From: Candidatus Latescibacterota bacterium | Lineage (GTDB): Bacteria; Latescibacterota; UBA2968; GCA-2709665 | Assembly: GCA_965219995.1 (NCBI GenBank) | Contig: CBDCOX010000002.1 | Location: 5,216,001 to 5,280,000 of the forward strand | Direction of reading: 5' to 3' | DNA: 64,000 bases | Shown here: positions 57,620-64,000 of the stretch, one piece after another | How the letters are laid out: each line of letters starts with the position of its first letter | Numbering within the stretch: the first letter of the stretch is position 1 | Program-made: the position numbers and the translations under genes | The notes under the pieces: generated by a model | Told to the model about the DNA's origin: nothing | The model's input: the letters and a program-made list of their open reading frames with translations, nothing else | Databases searched by the model: none

Positions 57620-57770
57620 GGGTCTATCCGTGACGCAGCAACGCCGTCCGAGCCTCAACGGATTCCTGGAGTCGACGCAGCGGCCCGCCGTTGAGGTCGA
57701 GGTCCGGGGCTGCGTTTCGTAAGGTACCCGAACGGCCGCAACCCCGAGGCCGCGAACCGCAGACCGACCG

Positions 57771-58742
57771 ATGAGGGACCCGCCCGTGAACGTACCCGTC
57801 CTCGACAGTGACACCGTCCTTCGGACGCTCCCGATGTCCGACTGCATCGACCTCATGGCCGCCACCCAGGCCGCCATCAGCCGGGGCGACATCGAACTGC
57901 CGTTGCGCATGATGCTCAGCGTCGCGGATGGCGCCGGCTACTTCGGCGTGATGCCCGGCGAAGTCGGCGCCGAAGAGGTGTTCGGGGCGAAGCTCGTCAC
58001 GCTGTTCCCCGACAACCCGTCCCGCGGCATACCCACCGTGCAGGGCTACATCCTGCTCTTCAACCGCGCGGACGGCACCCCGCTCGCCCTGGTGGAGGCG
58101 GCCTCCGTCACCGCCCTGCGCACGGCCGCCGCGAGCGCCGCCGCGACCCGGGCGCTCGCGCGGGCAGACGCTTCGATTCTCGCGGTGCTGGGCTGCGGCG
58201 TGCTGGCGGAGTCGCACCTCGAAGCCATGCTCGCGATACGCCCGGTGCGGGACGTCCGGATCTGGGGCAGGGACGTGGACAAAGCGACGGCCTTCGCCGA
58301 ACGCCACGCGAGTCGAGGCGGAGCGCGTGTCCGGGCGGTGGCCGACGCCGCCGAGGCCGTGGCCGACGCACACCTGGTCTGCACGGTCACCGGCAGCAAC
58401 ACCCCGATCCTCGAAGGCGAGTGGCTGTCGCCCGGAGCGCACGTCAACCTCGTCGGCGCCCACAATCCCGCCACCCGCGAAGCCGACGGCGCCGTGCTCG
58501 GGCGGGGCCGCGTCTACACGGAGATCACAGAGTTCGCCCTGGCGGAAGCGGGCGACCTGCTCCTCGCCGTCGAGGAGGGGCGCTTCGCCCTGGACGACAT
58601 CGTCGGGGAGATCGGCCAGGTGATCGACGGCGAGATTCAGGGGCGGGAGGACGACGACGAGATCACCGTTTACAAGAGCCTGGGCAACACCGCGCAGGAC
58701 CTGGCCGCGGCACGTGCGGTCTTCAGTCGGACATCCCGATGA
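57771..58742 (+). CDS. Ornithine cyclodeaminase/mu-crystallin family protein
   Basis: GAKLVTLFPDN, TALRTAAASA, GCGVLA, ITVYKSLG..QDL. Confidence 0.9.
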   Translation: MRDPPVNVPVLDSDTVLRTLPMSDCIDLMAATQAAISRGDIELPLRMMLSVADGAGYFGVMPGEVGAEEVFGAKLVTLFPDNPSRGIPTVQGYILLFNRADGTPLALVEAASVTALRTAAASAAATRALARADASILAVLGCGVLAESHLEAMLAIRPVRDVRIWGRDVDKATAFAERHASRGGARVRAVADAAEAVADAHLVCTVTGSNTPILEGEWLSPGAHVNLVGAHNPATREADGAVLGRGRVYTEITEFALAEAGDLLLAVEEGRFALDDIVGEIGQVIDGEIQGREDDDEITVYKSLGNTAQDLAAARAVFSRTSR

Positions 58743-58753
58743 AAGGTCATGGC

Positions 58754-59608
58754 TCAGGGCTCCAGACTACCGTGCCGTCGATCCAACAGCCCCAGTTTTC
58801 GGCCTTGCCACGGCTGGCCAGGCAGCCGCGATAGCAGCGCCTCCGTCACCACCCGCGCCGCTGCGGTCGCGTCCCACTCGCGCTTCGTGGCAAGCAGACC
58901 GCTCAGGTCGGATCCAAAAGCGGGGTCGCGGAGCTTTCCGTCGAGGTTCCGCTCGAACGCCGCGCGGGTAGGGGAACGGTTCTCCTCCTCCGTGTACGAG
59001 CGGAACGTCTGGACGATGCGCTTCGGATCACTCTCGCCATCGCCGAGACCCACCATCAGGTCGAACAGGTCGCGCCCCTTCTTCCGCTGGTAGAGTGCCC
59101 GCAACTTCGTGGCCGGCAGTTCGTCGAGTTCGAATGTCCGAATGCTGGCCGTTCGCTCGAACCAACGGGATCGCACGGTGAACGCACGCTCCGTATAGCC
59201 GAGGACGGCCAGGTGCTCGCGGGTGTTGATCTCGACCTTCAGCCGCATCTTCATGGGAGGGGCGCCGCCCGACTCGAAGGCGTAGCGGAAAGTCACGCGA
59301 CCGTGCGTCTGCTTCCACCCTGGCTTGCCGAGCCACGGATTGAGCGTTTCCTGGATCGCATCCATCACCCCACCGGCGGGGCCCGCCTCCACCTGCACCA
59401 GATCGATGTCTTCGGAGTAGCGCGCCGCAGGCGTCAGATACAGCTTGTACAGCGCCGTTCCACCACGGAAGGCAAGAGACCGGGCAAGCACGGGGTGCGA
59501 GAACATCTCCACGAGTGCGCGGCTGATGACGAGATCCTGCTCGACCTGGGCATCGTCTACCCACGGAGCAGTGGCCCGCCAGGCGGTAACGTAATCTCGC
59601 GGGATCAC
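58754..59608 (-). CDS. abiEii: AbiEii-family nucleotidyltransferase toxin
   Basis: QVEQDL.ISRAL, FRGGTAL, RYSEDIDL, KVEINTRE, KLRALYQRKKGRDLFD; GTG overlaps the abiEi stop. Confidence 0.9.
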   Translation of the reverse strand: MIPRDYVTAWRATAPWVDDAQVEQDLVISRALVEMFSHPVLARSLAFRGGTALYKLYLTPAARYSEDIDLVQVEAGPAGGVMDAIQETLNPWLGKPGWKQTHGRVTFRYAFESGGAPPMKMRLKVEINTREHLAVLGYTERAFTVRSRWFERTASIRTFELDELPATKLRALYQRKKGRDLFDLMVGLGDGESDPKRIVQTFRSYTEEENRSPTRAAFERNLDGKLRDPAFGSDLSGLLATKREWDATAAARVVTEALLSRLPGQPWQGRKLGLLDRRHGSLEP

Positions 59609-60402
59609 GCTTCCGACTCGATCGGGACATTGACCAGCAGCCGCCAGTCTCGCGACCGCACCGCGCCTCCCGTCGGCGCGGACGGCACCAGCCTGGTGTA
59701 GTTGCGCGCGCGCTCTCGCACGTAGTCCCTGAGCGGGACGCAACTGTCCCCTGCGCCCACGAACTCGAGCAGAAACCCCAGCCGCTGCGCCCACAGCACC
59801 GAGGCGGATCGCGCGGCCTCGACCAGCAGGGCCGGGTCCATCTGATCCGAGAGTTCGGAGAGCATCCCCGTTATCCGGTCGATGCCCCCGGCCCGGCCCG
59901 CGTAACCGACAAGGTCGATCGCCGTCGCTTCGACGGTCGAGGCAAGAATGGTTCCGCGTGGATTGGCGAAGGTGCACAGTGGCACGCCGGCCAGCCCGGT
60001 CCGCGAGATGAAGTCAACCCCCACCGCCCCGCACCTGATCGCCCGCCGGCTTCTTTCCACCATCACCTGAAAGACCTGTGGTCGATGGTGGGCGGCCCCG
60101 TGGTACTGTGCCGCAGACAGGAGTCCCGCGTAATACGGCACCGTGCGGTGATGCATGAGTGCCGGAATGAACTGGTCCGGCGGCAGGCAACCGAGGCCGC
60201 GATACTCCGGGGGCACGACCACGTAGAAGCCTCGCCCAGGACTTGCTATCTCTCCGCGTTTCGTCAGCCGCCACAGCGACTGGTTCGCGGCTGCGGCGGA
60301 CACGCCGAGCGCCGAACGGAACTCCGAAGACGTGAAGTGGTATCGCCCGCGTGCGGCGAAGTGGACCACCAAATCACGCGCACTCGTCGCTCTCTCGTAC
60401 AT
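59605..60402 (-). CDS. abiEi: AbiEi-family type IV antitoxin
   Basis: GRYHFT, RGFYVVVPPEY, YYAGLLSAA.YHGAAHHRPQ, QRLGFLLE. Confidence 0.88.
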   Translation of the reverse strand: MYERATSARDLVVHFAARGRYHFTSSEFRSALGVSAAAANQSLWRLTKRGEIASPGRGFYVVVPPEYRGLGCLPPDQFIPALMHHRTVPYYAGLLSAAQYHGAAHHRPQVFQVMVERSRRAIRCGAVGVDFISRTGLAGVPLCTFANPRGTILASTVEATAIDLVGYAGRAGGIDRITGMLSELSDQMDPALLVEAARSASVLWAQRLGFLLEFVGAGDSCVPLRDYVRERARNYTRLVPSAPTGGAVRSRDWRLLVNVPIESEA

Positions 60403-60507
60403 TCAGCGCATGATATTTCATTTTTCGTGATTTTTGACGTTCGATATGGGGAACTCTCGAGGGGTTCGCTTCTCGCAATCAGCCACGGTTGGGCTGGGTC
60501 GCGGGGG

Positions 60508-62289
60508 TTAGGGACGATCCTGCGCGTCGATCCAGCGCTGCATCCGGTTGTCCAGGACCTTCAGCGGCAGCGAACCGCCCGTGAGCAGCTCTACGTGGAA
60601 CTCCCGCAGGTCGAACCTGTCGCCGAGCGCCTCTTCGGCGCGCCGGCGCAGATCGCGGATCTTCAGCTCGCCGTACTTGTACGCCGTCGCCTGGCCGGGA
60701 TAGGTGATGTAGCGGTCGACCTCGGCGATGACGTTCCTGCGGGTCAGGCCGGTGTTGGCCACCATGAAGTCGATGGCCTCCTGGCGTGTCCAGTCCATGA
60801 CGTGGAGGCCGGTGTCCACGACCAGGCGGGCGGCGCGCCACATGTCGTAGATCAGGCGGCCGAAGCGCTCGTAGGGCGTGGTGTAGATGCCCATCTCCTC
60901 CCCGAGGAACTCGCTGTACAACCCCCAGCCCTCGCCGTAGGCGTGGAAGTAGTAGAAGCGCCGCCAGGTGGGGAGATCCTTGTTCTCGCCCTGGAACGAG
61001 AACTGCAGGTGGTGGCCCGGCACCGACTCGTGGAGGCCCAGGGCGGGAAGCTCGTAGAGCGGGCGGCTCGAGAGATCGTACAGGTTCACGAAGTACTGAC
61101 CGGCACGCGTGCCGTCCCCGGCGCCGGGCTGGTAGAAGGCCGTGGCGGTCAAGGGCGCGATCTGTTCGGGTATCACGCTGATGCCGTAGGGGTTGCCGGG
61201 TAGCCGGGAGAAGAACTGCGGCAGCCGGGCTTCGATGGTCTTGCCGATCCACGCGACGCGGTGCAGGTAGGTCTCTTCATCGGCAGCGTAGAACCGGGGG
61301 TCGGAGCGCAGGAAGGCCAGGAACTCGGCGAAGTCCCCCTCGAAGTCCACCTCCTCCATCACCGCTTCCATCTCTCCCCGGATGCGGTCGACCTCCTGGC
61401 GGCCGAGGGCGTGAATGGTGGACGCATCCGTGTCCAGGCTGGTGTAGTAGCGCAGGGCATGGTCGTAGGCTTCCCGCCCGCGCGGCACCGACGACAGGCC
61501 GACCGACGTTCGGCACGCCGGTTCGTAGCTCTCGGCATAGAACTCCGCGAAGGCCCGGTAGGCGGGGTTGACGACTTCGTCGATCACGCGCATCGCCTCG
61601 CCGCGCAACTCCTCGCGCACGGTCGCCGCAACGGAGTCGGGGACGGCCGCGAACGGCTTGGCGAAAACGCTCGCCTCCGGCGTGTCCGAGACGTAGTCGG
61701 CGATGGACTTCCCGTATCCCCCGAGCGACGCGCAAGGCTGCGTGTAACCGCCTTCCATCCCCACCCGCAGGAGGTCGACGTTCTGCCGGGCGTACACGCC
61801 AAAGCCCCGCAGGCGTTCCAGCAGATCGCGGTAGTCCTGCTCCGACGCATACCGGGTCGCCAGGATCACGTCCGCGAAGCGGCTGTGCCAGCCGCCGAGG
61901 GAGGTGATCGTGAAGAAGCGGGTGCCGAAATCCAGGTTGCGCCGTTCGTGGGTCAGCATCCATTCGAAGGCTTCGTAGTTCTCGCGATTGGCCGGCTTCA
62001 GCTCCCGCGGGTCGATCTCCGCGAGCGCGGCGATGGTCCGGTCGAGCGTCGCCACCCGGGCCGCGAGCGCCTCCGGGCTGAGGTCGTCGACGCGGTCCCG
62101 GAACCGGTTCTCCCCCCAAAAGGCGGCGGTCAGTGGCGCAGCGCGGACCTGGGCCTCCCAGAAGTCCTCCATGAGAAGCTCCAGCGATTCGTCCGAAGAA
62201 GAGGCATGGGCAGCGCCGCCGACCGCCAGGACGAGTGCGAGCAGGATGCATCGGCGCGGGCGGGCGCGGGACGGTTGTTGTTCGCTCAT
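60508..62289 (-). CDS. DUF885-family secreted protein
   Basis: HESVPGHHLQ, EGWGLYSE, RAARLVVDTGLH, EVDRY..YPGQA.AYK.G. Confidence 0.9.
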   Translation of the reverse strand: MSEQQPSRARPRRCILLALVLAVGGAAHASSSDESLELLMEDFWEAQVRAAPLTAAFWGENRFRDRVDDLSPEALAARVATLDRTIAALAEIDPRELKPANRENYEAFEWMLTHERRNLDFGTRFFTITSLGGWHSRFADVILATRYASEQDYRDLLERLRGFGVYARQNVDLLRVGMEGGYTQPCASLGGYGKSIADYVSDTPEASVFAKPFAAVPDSVAATVREELRGEAMRVIDEVVNPAYRAFAEFYAESYEPACRTSVGLSSVPRGREAYDHALRYYTSLDTDASTIHALGRQEVDRIRGEMEAVMEEVDFEGDFAEFLAFLRSDPRFYAADEETYLHRVAWIGKTIEARLPQFFSRLPGNPYGISVIPEQIAPLTATAFYQPGAGDGTRAGQYFVNLYDLSSRPLYELPALGLHESVPGHHLQFSFQGENKDLPTWRRFYYFHAYGEGWGLYSEFLGEEMGIYTTPYERFGRLIYDMWRAARLVVDTGLHVMDWTRQEAIDFMVANTGLTRRNVIAEVDRYITYPGQATAYKYGELKIRDLRRRAEEALGDRFDLREFHVELLTGGSLPLKVLDNRMQRWIDAQDRP

Positions 62290-62444
62290 CGTTTCAGCCT
62301 GTGGAACCGGGACGGGGTGGGAGACAAATGGCTGTCCGCCGTGGTCCTATGACGCATCGTCGGGAAGATCACTCAGCGTCCGGGCTGCGGATGATTTGCC
62401 GTGGAGCGCGAACCGCTGGGGCACGCGAATCGGGAGGTGGAGCG

Positions 62445-64000
62445 ATGAACACAAGCCCATGCAAGGCATTGCGCCGAGCGGTGGTCGGCAAAGGCGCCGT
62501 CTCGCTGCTGGCCGCGGCCGGATTGTCGGCATGCGACCCCGGCGCCGACCGTGCGCCTGAGGCCGTCGAGGCGAACGGGTCCGGTTACGCGTTTGCGAAC
62601 GTCAACGTGGTGTCGATGACCTCGGACCGCGTCGAGGCGGACTGGAACGTCGTCGTCGCCGACGGTCGGATCGCGGCCGCCGGGCCGGCCGCAAGCGTCG
62701 CGGTCCCGCCCGGCGCCCGGATCATCGACGGCGGCGGCAAGTACCTCGCTCCCGGTCTGGCGGACATGCACGCGCACCCCATGACCACGGCCGATCTCGA
62801 CGCCTACCTGGCCAACGGGGTGACCCTCATCCGCGCGATGTGGGGTGAACCGGTCGTGCTCGAGCTTCGCGAAGGCGTCGCCTCGGGCGCCATTGCGGGG
62901 CCGCGAATCATGACCGGCGGGCGCATCGTCGACGGCGAGCCCGTCATTCACTACGGCAGCGACATAGTGCTCAGCGCTCCCGACGCCCGGGACGTCGTGA
63001 CCCGGCACAAGGCGGCGGGCTACGACTTCATCAAGGTCTACTCCAACCTGAGCGTCGAGGCGTTCGACGCCATCGCCGAGGCGGCCAGGGCCAACGGCAT
63101 TCCCTTCGCCGGACACATCCCCGACGCCGTTCCCGCGGACCACGCGTTCCGGTCCGGCATGCAGACGGCGGAGCACCTGATCGGCATCGGCCCCGCAACG
63201 CTTGCCGACGGCGCCGAGTACTACACCCGCTTCGATCCGGCCTTCCCGCAGTACGCGGCGCGGATCGGCTCGGGCGAGATCTCCCTGGACGCGGTGTACG
63301 ACGACGCCAGGCTCCGGCAACTGGCGGAACTTGCCAGGGAGACCGGCATCTGGACGGTGCCCACCTTGACCACCCTCCGCGGCACCGCGCTGTCGCCCGA
63401 CGAGATGTCCGTGTTCTCCGCGCGTGACGCGGTGCAGTACGTCGACTACACCGTGATGTCCTTCTGGCGGATGTCCGCGGCCTTCCGGGCGGCTTGGACG
63501 CCCGACACCTACCGCGGAGCCCGGCTTCAGTTCGACGAAGAGCTGCGCCAGGTCAAGGTGTTCCACGATGCCGGAGCCCGCATCCTCGCCGGGACGGATG
63601 CGCCCAATCCATGGGCCTTCGTGGGTTTCGGCATGGTGGACGAGCTCGAGCTGTACGTCGCGGCCGGGCTGTCGCCCCACGCGGCGCTGCAGACGGCGAC
63701 GACCGCGCCCGCGGAGTTCATGAACGAGAGCGGCAAGAGCGGCATCGTCGCGCCCGGAGCGCGGGCGGATCTCGTCCTGCTCGACGGCGACCCGCTGGCC
63801 GACATCGCCGCCTACCGCCGCATCGACGGCGTCATGGCGGCGGGCGCGTGGTTCGATCGCGCGTCTCTCGACCGCCGCCTCGCGGCGTTGAAGACGGCCA
63901 GCGACCGCAAGGCGGCCGTGTTCGGCGACGCGCCCGCATGGCCTGTCGAGGGGTCCGAGAACGTCCTGATCAGCGCCGAGTTCGTACTCGAGCATGTCGA
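62445..64000 (+). CDS. Amidohydrolase-family lipoprotein (runs off the window)
   Basis: Not in the ORF track. Lipobox LSAC; PGLADMHAH, GYDFIKVY, GH, EH, AGTDAP, G.RADLVLLDGDPL. Confidence 0.87.
   Translation, partial: MNTSPCKALRRAVVGKGAVSLLAAAGLSACDPGADRAPEAVEANGSGYAFANVNVVSMTSDRVEADWNVVVADGRIAAAGPAASVAVPPGARIIDGGGKYLAPGLADMHAHPMTTADLDAYLANGVTLIRAMWGEPVVLELREGVASGAIAGPRIMTGGRIVDGEPVIHYGSDIVLSAPDARDVVTRHKAAGYDFIKVYSNLSVEAFDAIAEAARANGIPFAGHIPDAVPADHAFRSGMQTAEHLIGIGPATLADGAEYYTRFDPAFPQYAARIGSGEISLDAVYDDARLRQLAELARETGIWTVPTLTTLRGTALSPDEMSVFSARDAVQYVDYTVMSFWRMSAAFRAAWTPDTYRGARLQFDEELRQVKVFHDAGARILAGTDAPNPWAFVGFGMVDELELYVAAGLSPHAALQTATTAPAEFMNESGKSGIVAPGARADLVLLDGDPLADIAAYRRIDGVMAAGAWFDRASLDRRLAALKTASDRKAAVFGDAPAWPVEGSENVLISAEFVLEHV

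Overview
High-GC, gene-dense bacterial window, probably a diderm proteobacterium (TonB-dependent receptor, Tat and lipoprotein signals); the taxonomy is inference. About 55 credible CDS. No rRNA, tRNA or CRISPR array was seen. The backbone is catabolic: a TTQ amine-dehydrogenase cluster (mauB-E-D-A plus cytochrome c), a heterotetrameric sarcosine-oxidase operon (soxBDAG) ending in a TonB-dependent receptor, a SpdH-like oxidoreductase, and many, mostly secreted, hydrolases (3 GGT-fold Ntn hydrolases, 2 S9 peptidases, M19, M20, serine hydrolase, DUF885, amidohydrolase, Asp-box protein, sulfatase). Small defence/TA modules are interspersed: ABC-type ATPase+PIN, an in-frame wHTH-AbiEii fusion, BrnT/A, MbcA-like/RES, Fic, type III R-M, AbrB/PIN and AbiEi/AbiEii. 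Signals the ORF track misses or hides: a selenocysteine glutathione peroxidase (in-frame TGA plus an fdhF-like SECIS hairpin); a TTQ small subunit with Gly at the conserved Asp32 position; Ser-nucleophile GGT-fold paralogues; apparently leaderless accessory cassettes; a candidate switchable RNA leader before soxB; an integrase C-terminal relic; and a decayed partial gene duplicate. All family calls come from motif recognition by eye, and no database search was run.
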